Origin: Epiperipatus broadwayi
Taxonomy: Eukaryota; Animalia; Onychophora
DNA length: 64,000 nt
Assembly (NCBI GenBank): GCA_028023455.1
Contig: JAQFVV010000009.1
Span: 6,448,001-6,512,000 of the forward strand
Direction of reading: 5' to 3'
Below the pieces are notes generated by a model. The model saw only the letters and a program-made list of their open reading frames with translations, had not been told where the DNA came from and did not search any database. Shown piece after piece: positions 13,852 to 27,229 of the stretch. The position numbers and the translations under genes are program-made. Numbering within the stretch: position 1 is the stretch's first letter; every line of letters starts with the position of its first letter.

Positions 13852-14739
13852 CATAAATTATTAGACAAATGTGTGCATGTTCAAGCATATTTTATTAATA
13901 TTTAAATCATACAAGTATGTATAAATGAAGGAAAGATAAAATGCATTAAAATTATAGTTTTACTTTGTCTCTTCGTGTACTTGATGTATATATCAGAGCA
14001 CAATTATAAAATATTAAATTGTGGAATGGATATAGAAATGAGCATACATGTACGATCGAATGTTTATTGATATTATTTGACTTTATTACAATGCCTAATA
14101 TACACGTGTCAGTATATAATTCAGATCACTTAATCCAAGGATATTTTAACGACTCTATTTATATTATGATGTTGGGGAACAGATTAAATAATGTATTATT
14201 TTTCTTTTATTTGTACAGTCAGTGTTGGGTTAATGGGATTTAATAAATATTGATGTACTTGTGTTGAATAAATATTTACTTACTTATTTTACAAGTGATT
14301 TCATTGCGTAGCTCATTTATTTTCTCTTTCTAATAATATAATAAAGTGTATATTTCTGAAAACGGCTTGACCTTATAATAACCTGAGATAAAGAGAGAAC
14401 TGAGCTTAGCCTAATGGGATACTACTTTATCAGGTATTAGGTATTTAATATATTAATATTTTAATATAATTGATTTATGTTGTATAATGGGTTGGTGGTT
14501 GTATATCCTTTCAGGCGGAGATTTCCTCTTCCTGGGAGTGGCGCATAAAGGCCTGGTTTAAATACAGCCTTTCAAAGGTATGCAGCGGCTAACACCTTGA
14601 CGACCGTTTGCATGGTAATGAAATTCTAACAAGGGATGGAATTATAATAACCAGCTATGGTTCAATATCTCGCTCAATTAACAATTTAGTCATGTAATTT
14701 AAATTATGAAATCCATGTTTCGATGAGAATTGTTATTGA

Positions 14740-16260
14740 TACCTTACCTTGAGGTGTTACAATTATTGTATGCTTAAAGATATAATCAGAGTGGAGGTTC
14801 GCCCGGTACAAGATGAAAGAGCTGTGCCTGTGATTGGAAAACCAACAAAACATTATTCATGCAGCAGAGAAAAGTGAAAGAAGCAAAATCCGTAATTGGA
14901 AAATCCTGCAAAATACTCTTTGAACAAATGAAAAGTGAAAAAGAAAGAAGTAAAACCCATATTGTAAAACTCTGCAAAATAGCATTCACATAGCAAAAAA
15001 AAAGCCTTCTTAAAGCACAAAAATACACTAGAATCCAAAACAGTGAATAGCAAAATTATAGCAGATTGAACAAAAAGCTGAAAACATTACTATCCTATTG
15101 AAATGGATGGTAAAAAACTGGCCTGCACAATGTCCCCAGAATCTGTATAAGAAATTATGGTATAAATGCTTATCAGTAAACCAGGGATGCATTGTGATAG
15201 GTAACAAATTTAGTATAAAGTGTTATCCACAAAAGGATACTAAATGTGGCAAACCAAGATCATCAAAATAGTTAAAGTCAAGACTTGGGGTTGTGGTTAC
15301 ATCTGATAGGCTAGATTAAATGACAACATGGAGAAATGAAAAAAAACTGTAATACATATCAATCTATGGCTAATCTTCCGATAAGAAATATGTTGCATGA
15401 CCAGTAGCTCAACAGTCATGGCAACATAAGAAAATCGATCGTAATGGACCCTGGAAAGGACATTTTTTAGTATTGGTAAATACTCATTTATAATGGACTG
15501 AATATAAAGTATTGCATAACACAGATATGAAAGAATCCATTGTGAAGATCTAAGAAATATTATTTCGTCGTGGAATCTCCACAATACTTGGAGTCTGAAA
15601 GCAACAGTTTTTGCCTCAGCAAAATTTGATGCCTATATGAATTAATTGAATGTAAACCACATACTAAAAAACATCCTACTACTCCAAAACTAATGCACTC
15701 ACTTGAAAAGCAGTTAATTAAACCCTTAAAAAATGGACTTAAGATAAACAAAGCTCTACACTTAATAGTGCTTCATCAACATAGTACACTGTCAGCAACC
15801 ATAGGAAATCTCCAGCAAAACTACTGTTTGGAAGGAAAATTATAATAAAACTAATGTTATAACTGAATAAAGACAGGATATAAGTTTGAAACAATCTGAA
15901 TAGAAGATGGAAAAAGTAATCATCACCAAATGCATAGATGCATAATTAGAAGTTGAAAGAGAAGCTACCATGATATTCCATAGACACTTATATTACCTGA
16001 GACGATGCTACCATGAAACTGCAGAGAATAACATAATGGAAGTTCAAGCAGATGCAGAATCACAACCAGCTATTGAACAAGCCACAAAACTCTAAGCCGA
16101 TAACTCAGAAACTGACTACCAAACCAGTATGAGTCAGAAACTGATACAATCTACAAGCCAAGGTCATCAAGAGCTAGAAGATCGCCTAATCATCTTTGGG
16201 ACTATGTGCAATGATCTTCTAAAGTAAAAAAAGAAAAGGTACATCCTAAAGTAACAGGGG
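14740..16260 (+). mobile_element. Decayed Ty3/Gypsy pol (integrase end) with PPT, element A
   Basis: Integrase-like remnants are SWQHKKIDRNGPWKGHFLVLVNTHL*WTE, KSPAKLLFGRKI and a terminal PNHLWDYV. A purine run ending AGGGG precedes TGTAAAAC at 16261. Confidence 0.75.
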
Positions 16261-19200
16261 TGTAAAACAGCCTAACACAATTGTGTATACATGTATATTA
16301 AAAGTTTATATTAGTGTGTGTGTACATATTGTAGCTATATATATATGCTTACATATATATGCTTCATGCCAATTTGTATCTAAATAATTTTAAACCATAT
16401 TATAGGGAAAATAGAAAATTTATTTTATTAAATTTACTAAAGTCACGTGTATGTGTGTGCTAAAAACAATCAGATAACAGTTGAGATTAGATAAATAATT
16501 AGTAATGTTCAAATGTATAAGAGATTCTAGAAAATTCTGATAAACAATTTAAAATTCAGCAAGCTGAACACTGTATTTTAATGAAATTTATAAAGGCAGA
16601 TTAATTATAGGGCATAGGTACATTTATAATTGTTATTGAAACCATATCTAATTAATGAAAAAAATAAGACAACTGCTTTGAGTTATATATTTACAAGCAT
16701 GTTTATAATGTTTGGCCTTGCAATAAAAAGATTTTAAGTGATGCTTAATTACTGCAAGAAATGCAAAAGGTATTCGGAATATGGAAAATTTTCTTAATTA
16801 ATAAGCAAGTACAGGATTTAATTGTAATTGAGCTGATCAAAAATTATTATCAACAAAAATATTTTTGAATTAAAACTAATCTGGATGACTTTTGTTGAAA
16901 AATAGTATAAATACCCAGGAAAATGTAAAAATAGGGTCTCTTTGATAAAAGATTCATCAAGCTGGTCTTTTGTTGAGAAAAGTTTTTAAAGTAGGTTTTA
17001 TTTTTGATGAGAAAAATTTCTTCAAGCTGATCTTCTTTGATGAAAATTCTTCAAGCTTGACAACAAGATCTCAATCCACAGGAAGTTTATTAATTTTTTA
17101 GCTCTTAGAAGCCAAGTATAATGCGAACCTGTGAGTAGAAGCTTGTGTCTGCATATCCTTCTCCATCCCAGGGGAGCATTAGTTTGGAATCCCGATGAAG
17201 TTGAATTGCTGCCCATCTGGTCTGTTGACCCGTGTACCTGTGCCAATGTTCCTGCCATTATAAAAATAAATTCAGCCTGCTGATATACCGTACCTTTATT
17301 CAAGAAATAAGCTATCTACTCATTTATGCCACCCTCAGCCATTCCAAAGAACCAGCATGTCTCCATAATAATCAATGAATTATTAATATCTGAGGAAAGG
17401 GCCATCCAGGATGATGTGAATTATATCATGAAAATTCTGCCATCATACCTATATGCTGCTTTTTCATATCCTGCCGTGTTTTTTAAAATCCTTTGCAACA
17501 TAATCGCAGAAACATTGAAATCTATTCATGAGATCTGTGCACTCCTATACTCATAAAACTTCATACGTATTTGATATTATTTGTATTATTTTCTTTAATA
17601 TTATATATATATTAAACTAACCTGTATTTGTTTAGGATGATCGAATATATTACTAAATGCTATTATTTTTAAAATTTATTCAAGGATCAGGTGACAGACA
17701 GCTATTTTGTAAATATGTTTCTGTCTCTTAAATTCCAAGAATCATGTTTTCCTTTAAAAGAAAGCTAATTAATCAAAAATGCAGTTGTTTTTAGTCCCCC
17801 TCCCTCATCTGGCTCAAAGATTATGTTTTTCTAAAAAAAAAAAAAAAATCAAACATGCATTTCAATTAAAACTTTACTCTTGCAATTATCAAGATCAGAA
17901 AACCAGTGTTTTTTTTAAATAAATAGAAAAATATGTTAAATTTTAAAAAATGTTAATTTATATTTTTTAAAAGATACAAATATTTATGTCATTTAATTTA
18001 TGTTAACCTCCTAAGTGTTTCATTAGAATTGTATATCTCAATTACAGACTTCTCAAGTTATCGTACAATGTATTTCTTAATATGTGCGAGTACAATTTTT
18101 GGGAAAGACCTTCAATTAAGCAGGGATTATTAATATTTTTGTTTATGAGTACATTGGATAAACTGTCTAGGCCTTAATATAGGCAAGTAAACTAATATAT
18201 GACTGCTTGTTCAAACATATAATGTGGCTACTCACACTCATTTTTTTCCAGACTTAAATTATTTATTGTTTCTTCTTGTGTTGCTGGATTATTTATATAT
18301 ATGAACCAATAGTGTACCCCTTGATACATTAATTATTTAATCTGACAACACAGGTGGAGCTTCAGTTATCTATTATGTATGCAATTATGCAAATCTCTCA
18401 AACACCATCAAGTTTAATCTTTTATAATCAGAATTACTATCAATTATCTACCAGTTGTGCTTTGAAATGGACACTGTGTTGAAAGTTAACTCGTCAAATT
18501 AAGAAATGAATTTATTTTAATTTTACTTTGGCCATATTTATTATTTATTTCTCTATTATATATGTTGATGAATTCGTATTTTTGTTCCTCAAGCAAACAA
18601 TCATTCCTGCCTTGTGGAAATGGATTGGCTGAATACTCAGATATGCGCCAAGGTGGAAGTATCTCTCATATACCTACTCAGATAATCTTCACTGTTCTTC
18701 TTAATATTATCAGTACAGATAAATTTCCTGCTTGATAGTAATAAGTTCATAACTCGTTATAGATGTTCATGTGTGCTTCATACGACTCTCTGGTACCATA
18801 AAATTTTTGAGTTTGGCCTTGCTAAGGTGGTACCCATCTCTGTTTCATTCTGTTTACGCATAATCTAGGACCGCATTTCTGTATTTTTTAATGTATTTTT
18901 AAAACCTGATCTTGCAAGCATGCAATCAGTCATAATTCTAAGTCTATTGTGGGCATCTATTAATGATTGTGATTTTAACATAGTTAAATAAATACTATCT
19001 TAACCCTGCTTGATTTTTCATCATAGAATGTCCATCTTAAATATTATTAAGACATATAAAGCTTATAGTCCCTCTATTGAATGTAAATAGTGATAATTAT
19101 GATGTTTAGTCACTAATTAATTGTTCAACCTGGTGCAATCTTAGATTTGAATCTAATCATGTAAACTCTTATTTAACTTTTTTTTATTATTGTTACTAAT

Positions 19201-20717
19201 AAATCTATATACAAGTAACCTCTTGCATTTGTCTTATTTATCACAATTAGTATTTTTTATAGTCCTAAGAGTCTCCTGTATCTCCCTGACCTCGGTGGGA
19301 TATAAAAAAAGGGCATATATGCTAACAGATTGGTAGTCACATAAAAAATGGCCTGGCGGATGCATAGGTAATGAGATTCAACTTTGTACTGTTTGTGATA
19401 ATGTTTATATCAATGATACACAGATACACGAGTTAGTGATCATTGCTTGGTTCCTAAGATTAGTTAGGCTGATTATACAAATCTGTTACATATATTTTTT
19501 TATAATATGATGCTACCAACATGGGATCATTACTTTAACCATATATTCCTGAGATAGATTGAATTCTTTTGTATTTTTATAAATTAAATTTTTTTGTGTG
19601 TATCTTACACATTTTAATGAATATAGAAACTTTTTTTGTGGTATTTTGGACACAGCATTTATAAGAGTATAAGAATATATATATATAATCTATTACATAT
19701 ATGTATATGAATATAAAATCGTGACTTTTTTTCTCCTAATCTAGTAGGCATGATTTGACAGTCAATTGTTGATTTGTTTATTATAGTTTTATTTTTACTT
19801 TCAGATTAAAAAGAGGTGGTCAAACTATAATAAAGCATGGAATTTTTTATGAATTTTGTTTTTGTGTATGCAGTGGAATTTTATATTATAGAAGTATATA
19901 TCAGCAGCTAGTAGTGCAGAACTTCACAGACAACATATGGGTGGGATTTAAACAATGAACACTCACTTGGAGTATGAATGGGGGAGCTGATCAATTTAGT
20001 GAAGCATATAGAAAAAAGTTTTATGATAATTTTAAATAATGGAAAACAATTGAGATAAATAATATGGAGTCAGATATTAGTATAGACAAAACTATCACTG
20101 AACCAAAAAAGGAAACATTTAAAGCACAGGTCCAGAGATTACATTCAAGGAGCCCCGTAAGGTGACATATACTCATAACCATGATATGAAAGAAAGTTCA
20201 AAACAAAGCATATTGATTCGAATGATGATCGAAATGAAGGAGTCAGAAAAAAGACAAAATCTGACCAAAAATATGATCAAATAAAGGAAAAAAATGTACC
20301 AAGGGTACAAAAAAATCAAACAAGAAACATCTTTAGAAACCAAAAGGAAGAATGATATCAATGAGGATCATGAAATGAACATTATTCTCCCCAAAAATTG
20401 GAAACCTGAGACTACATACAGGATAGAAGAGGAGTGACTGAAATATTACACTACAGAAATAAAAATACAAGAAATCAAAACGGAAATATCTTTACAAGCA
20501 GAAAAGGATGATCATGAAAAAACATTATTGTCACAGAATATCAAGAACAAGATAGTACCTACCCTGGTACCAGATGTTTGTCACAAATATGATCTTACAG
20601 AAATAGAAGATAACACTCAACAAGAAACAATAAAAGATGACAATCAATGAGAAGAGATCAAGATAGATATCTAAGAAAAAATAGAACCAAATGTCAAACT
20701 CTCATTCATGGATTTAA

Positions 20718-20866
20718 ACCCCGGCCATGTATATTATCATTAGGTGTATGCTTACTTATAAAAGGTGATTGTTTTATGCTAGGTTGAGGTACCCCGGCCA
20801 TGTATATTATCATTAGGTGTATGCTTACTTATAAAAGGTGATTGTTTTATGCTAGGTTGAGGTACC
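20718..20866. repeat. Perfect 73-bp tandem duplication
   Basis: Units at 20718-20790 and 20791-20863 are identical, with ACC microhomology at the junction. Confidence 0.95.
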
Positions 20867-23800
20867 ATCATCAGTTTTTATGATGGCTGAATAATGCAAC
20901 AAAAAGATAGAAAAGTAAGTACCACCTTCCATTTCCCTAAAATCAAGGAAGGCCAACAAAGCATCTTACACATTTTTAAAGAACGAGAAATAAATATGCT
21001 GAAATGTCACATCATATTCTCCTTACCCTTCAATGTAAGAACAAAATTTCTATCATTCACTTGTGTTTATTAGAATGCAATTATCTTGGGATCAAACCCA
21101 TGCTGAGATTATCTTTCAAATCTAATATAACAGCTGATTGGAAAATATAGAGGGTATACTTTACTCCACCTCCATGAAATCTATAAGAAAGGGAACTTCA
21201 AAAAAAAGAGCAAACCACCAAGATAACATTCACCAAAGAAACCATCAGATAGAGAGGAAACTGACTCACTAACATCTGATACAACTATTGGGTTTGGTGA
21301 TCATGTCAAGGACCTTCTGGATAAAATGATACAATTTCCAAAGCTGCATACAGCTACTCTCCAAAGCATATATTTATTAATCTGGAATCGGGCAAAAATA
21401 CTAGGCAGACTGTCTGGTTTAAGAAGAGTTAACAGAACTCTCAAATAATGTGCCTTTGTCAGTTTTTTTTTTTTTTGAAAATTTTTTTTTTATTCTCCTA
21501 TATGTTTTATAACCTTTTTTTTATTTTTATGTTTAACGTGGGTTAGGCTGATTAACCATTCTGACAAAAAGCTTTTTTTTAATTGTTTTTTCCTCTAGTT
21601 GGAAGGATATGAAGCTATATATATGTTTATATATATATGCTTTATGCCAATTTGTATCAAAATAATTTTAAACTACGTTATAGGAAAAATAAAAAAAATT
21701 TTTTTTATTAAATTTACTACAGGCATGTCTATGTGTGTATTAAAAAAGTCAGAAATGGTTAGTTGAGATTAGATAAATAATTAGTAATGATCAAATGTAT
21801 AATAGATTATAGAAATTTCTGATAAACAATTAATTTAAGATTCAGTTAATTAAATTTCCTGAACATTATATTTTAATAAAATTTGTAAAGACAGATTAAT
21901 TATAGGGCATATAAGGTAATTGCTTTACATTATATATTTACAAGAATGTTTACAATATTGGCCTTGTGGTAAAAAGGTGTTAATTGATGCTTAATTACTA
22001 CAAGGAATGCAAAAGGTATTTGGAATTTGGAAAAATTTCCTAATTAATAATCAAATGGCATTTCCAGACGAAATGCTTCATTTTTCACTAATTCGCTGCC
22101 TAGTAAAAATTTACACAATTATATTGTAATATGCGTATTTTCCTATATACATTGTAATATAAAATTTGTTTGGAAAAATTTGATTGATGGCAAGAAAATC
22201 AAAAAATTATCACAATTTAGCTCTTCCCTGGTAAGTGCCTCTATTGTATTATGACAGATTTTCCATGTCACGATTTTTACATTGTTTAAAGATAATGGTT
22301 GAATAATTAAAAACGTGTTTATTTGCAAATTTATTACAATTTTAGTTATTTTTTATACAATAATTTACACAATATTTACTAGATATCAAAAATATAAATT
22401 ATTAATAACTTATTTTGAATGGAAATACTTTTATTTTCAAAAACAATACATTATATTAGTGGACAATGCAAATATGGCCTAAAGCTATTTAGTAGCTTAG
22501 CTCTCTATGCAAGCAATTTAATATAACATGTATGAAAATATCATAATTTTGCAATAAATATTGAAAAATTTTAAATTTTTAAATCATATTTCATTAGATG
22601 TAAGAGAAATAAATAAACATTCAGATTTTTTAAAAAAAATCACAAATACTAAAAGATTTCATTAATTTTGTAAAATGAAAATTATCTTTCTAGAAATGAT
22701 GACGTATAATCTTTTTGTTTTAATTATGATCTCATTTTTTAATATTTATAAAAAAAAAAATGTGAACATTTAAAATTTAATTCAGTAGTAAATAAAAACA
22801 TCTATCAAATAAAGTCAAATTAATAATTTTCTGATAAGTAATAATGGTTTAATCTTAAATTTTATGTTTAACATCAGAACAAAGAAAAATAATGAAATGC
22901 AAAAGAAACATCGGAGGGCTAAATTGTAATTAGGCTGATCTAAATTATTATCAGCAAAAATATTTTTTAATTAAAACTAATCTGGATGCTTTTTATTGAA
23001 AAATAGTATAAACACCCAGGGAAATGTAAAAAACAGCATCTTTGATGAAAAATTCATCAAGTTGGCCTTTTGTTGAGAAAATTCAACCAGGATTTTTTTA
23101 TAATAAAAATTTCTTCAAGCCGATAATGATGGAAATTCTTCAAGTATGACAATAAGATCTCCATCCACAAAATTTTAAGGAGTTCATTAATTTTTTGGCT
23201 GTTGGAAATCATGTATAATGCGAACTTAAGCTTGTATCCACTTCCCCTTCATTATCCCAGGAGAGCATGAGTTTGAAATCCTGATGGAGTTGGTGAACTG
23301 CTGCCCATCTGAATTTTTGCACCATGTACCTGTGCTAATGTTCTGCCATTGTAAAAATGAATTCAGCCTAATGATCTGGCATGACTTTATTCAAGAAATA
23401 AGCTACCTACTCAATTATACTACACTCAGCCATATGCTAATCCAAAGAATCAGCCTGATGATTGCATAATAACCAATTAAGTATTAATATCTAAGAGCCA
23501 TCAGGATCTTGTGAATTGTACTATGAAACCTCCATATTGTCATACCTATGCTGTGGTTTTTAAAATCCTTCACAAAATTAATCGCAAAATCATTAAACTC
23601 GTCATGAGATTTGTGCACTCCTATACTGGTAAAACAATTCTTATGTATTTGATGTTTTCTTTTACTTGTATTATTTCTTTAATATCATGTTTTATTTTAA
23701 TATTATATATATGTTAAAACTAATTTCTATTTGTTAAGTATGATTGAATATAATGCTAGATGCTGTCATTCTTAATACTTACATATATTCCTAATTTATT

Positions 23801-24818
23801 CAAGGATCAGATAACAGAGGGCTATTTTGTAAGTATATTCTCATCCCAAATTCCAAGAATTATCTTTTCCTCTAAAAAAAAGCTAATTAATCAAAAGCGC
23901 AAATGTTTTTAATCCTCCCCCCCTCATCTGGCTCAAAGCTTTTGTTTTTCTAAAAAAAATCAATCATGTATTTTAATTAAAACTTCACTCTTGAAATTAT
24001 CGAAATTAGAAAACCAGGGTTTTTTCAAATAAATGAAAAAATATGTTGAATTAGTTTTAAAAAACTATGTTAGTTTATATTTTTCGAAGGGACAAATATA
24101 TACATCATTTAATTTACGTTAGTCTTATAACTGTTTCATTAGAATTGTATATCTCAATTAAGGTCCTCTCAAGCTATTGTATAATGCATTTTTAATGTGT
24201 GAGTACAATCTTTGAGATGGACCTTCAGGGATTATTAATTTTTTTGTTTATGAGTATTTATACTGGTTAAACCGTTTAGGTCTTAATTTAGGCAAGTAAA
24301 GTAATATATGACCATGTGGCTACTCACACTTGTTTTTGTTTTCTTTCAATTTCCAGGCTTTAATAATTAATAGTTATTTATTATTTGTTCCTTCTTTAAA
24401 TACCTTGTGTTGTTGAGTTATTTATATATTGTGATTACTTCATATTTTTGTTCCTTCAGAAATGTTTATTCATGCTTTGTGGAAATGCATTAGCCAAATA
24501 TTCTCTGGTTATGGTCTCACCAAGGGGGGATATAACTCTCATATGTATACTCAGACAATCTTCGCTATTGTCATTAAATATTATCAATGCAGATGAATTT
24601 CCTGCTGGATAGTAGTAAGTTCATTACTGGTTCTAAAAAAATCAAATCAACCAAGGTGGATGTATCTCTCATATGCATACTCGGATAATCTTCGCTACTG
24701 TCCTTAATATTATTATCAATTCAGATTAATTTCCTGCTGGATGGTAATAAGTTCATTACTGGTTATAAAAAAATCAAGTCAGATATCACATGACCTAATT
24801 TAACAAGCTTGTATTACA

Positions 24819-25042
24819 AATGTTATATATAGAGCTCACAAATAAGCTCTTACCAAGCTTTACAGAATATCCCCAACCCAGACAGGTTTCTGCTACTGGC
24901 TTCCTCAGTGAGGTGCTAGGATATTCAAGCATTAGATATCCTAGCACCTCACTGAGGAAACCAGTAGCAGAAAGCAGTCTGGGATTGGGGATATTCTGCA
25001 AAGCTTGTTAAGAGCTTATTTGTGAACTCTATATATAACATT
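24819..25042. repeat. Foldback hairpin, ~106-bp arms, 11-nt loop
   Basis: Arms at 24819-24924 and 24936-25042 have about 7 differences. The hairpin is absent from the sister LTR at 16330-19507. Confidence 0.9.
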
Positions 25043-26379
25043 ACTGGTTATAGGAGTAGATGTTCATTCCTACTTCATGTGACTCTCTGATCCGATGAAA
25101 TTTCTAGGTATGGCCTACACATACCCATCCCTATTTCATCATAAGAGATAATTCCATTTACACATAACTTACCATTGCATTCAGAATTTTTTAATGTATT
25201 TTTAAAGCCTGATCTTGCAAGAATGCAATCAGTCATAATTCTAAGTCCATTGCAGTCACCTGTTAATGATTGTGATTTAAAATAAATACTTCTATCTTAA
25301 TCCTGATACATATATATAGTCTCTCTTTTGGATGTAAGTAACGATAATTATATTTAGCTGTTAATTAATTGTTCAATCTGTAAGAAATGCAATATAATCT
25401 TAGGTTTAAGTCTAGTCATATGAACTTTTATTTCACTTTTGTTTTTTATTGTTGTTACTAATAAATCTATAGTAACCTCTTACATGTTTACCACAATTAG
25501 TATTTTTTTTTTAGTCTTAAAAGTCTTTTATATCTCTCTGACCTCAGCGGGATATAAGAAAATGGGCATATATGCTAACATTAGATGTAGTAGTGATGTA
25601 GAAATTGTCCTGGAGGCATTGAAGTTCGACTTTGTATTATTTGTGGTAATGTTTATATCGATGTTAGACATAGACATGTGAGTTAGTGATCATTGTTCGA
25701 TTCCTAAGACTAGTTTTGCTGGCTTATACAAATCTGACCTTTATAATGTTGTATTGGAATCATCACCAAGATAAATAAATAAAATACATATGAATTATTT
25801 CACTCTAGGAAATATGATTATCAACGGACAACCAGGTACATATAGTGAAATGACAATAATTTTTTTTTATTTGATCACAGTCACAGATAATGATAATACT
25901 GGATCTTACATTAAGTATTAATGTTTATGCAGATCCAGCCATATTTCTAGATCATCACCCTCTCCACATTTATAGTATTATTTAAATATAATATAAATAT
26001 ATTTGTAATTCGTATGAGAATATTTGAGAAACAAAATTCTTAAGACTATAACAATACATTTATTTAAGACAATAGAATAAAAACAATATAATCTATTTAT
26101 AGTTACATAATTAATATAATGAAATATGTGATATACATGAAAGAAAATATTTTAAATGATTATTTATTCAATAAAGGCATTGTAAAAGTCTTACAAGTTT
26201 ATGTTATTTTTTATTTTCTGTTGAGCTCAAAAAAAAAATACTAATTTAAAATTGAGATTCTGGCTATAAGGAATGTATCCTAGTAGTTTTATACTGAAAT
26301 TTATAAATTATTTAACTTGAATATTTTTCTGTAAATAAGTTTTTTTTTATTTTTATCATTGTACCAGATATACCAAATA

Positions 26380-27000
26380 TGTGAAAATCCTTCTGTTCTT
26401 GGATAATTTCTTCTTATAACACTTAGTTAATTGGTACCTTATAGTATTAAATTATAGAGTTGTGTTAGCATCCACAATAAATAGCAGTGGTGGCAGATAT
26501 ACCTAGGCATTATTACTGCTCCATAAAAATAGCTATATTTGTAGAAAGATGAAGTTGGTAACTATAATTAAAGTTATACCCCAAAATTGCAAATATGTAC
26601 CAATCTGCTCCATAAAAATAGCTATATTTGTAGAAAGATGAAGTTGGTAACTGTAATTAAAGTTATACCCCAAAATCGCAAATATGTACCAATGTGTGAG
26701 AATCCAAATCATTTTCCTGATTTTAATTTTATAAGCAGCCCAAAGAACTTAATTGAACTCTTCTAATTTCTGAAAGTAGATGATCTCTGGGGGTTTTTTT
26801 TTTTCTTCATTGTCTAGCAACTTAAATTCCCACAACAATTTAATATTTTGACAATAATTAACCTTATCTTAAAATTATTATCTCAAAATCCCAAGAAATA
26901 AACTTTTTATTTGTGACAAATTATTTAGTTTTTCAATTTTTTAATAATCAACGATTTGATTTAAAATAAATTATTTTTACAGTTTTAAAATGCATAATTT
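26380..27000 (-). mobile_element. Decayed LINE RT C-terminal fragment with an 89-bp tandem duplication (26516-26694)
   Basis: A YFLG-like remnant lies near 26900. The near-identical tandem units are directly visible. Confidence 0.35.
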
Positions 27001-27229
27001 TTTGTTTTCATTTATTTTTTTAAAAAAAAGTTATACATCTATACAGAAGTTACAATATATTAAATTAGAATATGTTTGTGTGCATATATATATATTAAAA
27101 CTGAATATTTCAGTAAAATAAATTGTATTAATAAAGATATTAGTTATTGTATTGGTGTGTACAATGAATAGAGAATATGTATTGTGTTAGTTTTAGAAAA
27201 AATATAAAACACACATGAAAGACTATATA

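Larger units (their letters stand above)
16330..25748 (+). mobile_element. Long-LTR element family Y: LTR 16330-~19507, internal ~19508-21609, LTR 21610-~25748
   Basis: It has two collinear diverged direct repeats of about 3.2 and 4.1 kb. A PBS-like TGATGCTACCAACATGGG lies at 19508-19525 and a PPT-like GGAAGGA at 21601-21607. A TATAAATA box lies near 16906. No RT or integrase is recognisable internally. Confidence 0.65.
16261..25855 (+). mobile_element. 3' LTR of element A, split by a nested long-LTR element (pieces ~16261-16329 and ~25749-25855)
   Basis: It has a TG start after the PPT. The presumed remainder carries AATAAA and ends TGACA at 25855. The right-hand piece is inferred. Confidence 0.4.

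Noticed and set aside
11833-13888. Minus-strand ORFs overlapping the RTE ORF
   Set aside because: They are antisense shadows of the RT coding frame with no recognisable motifs.
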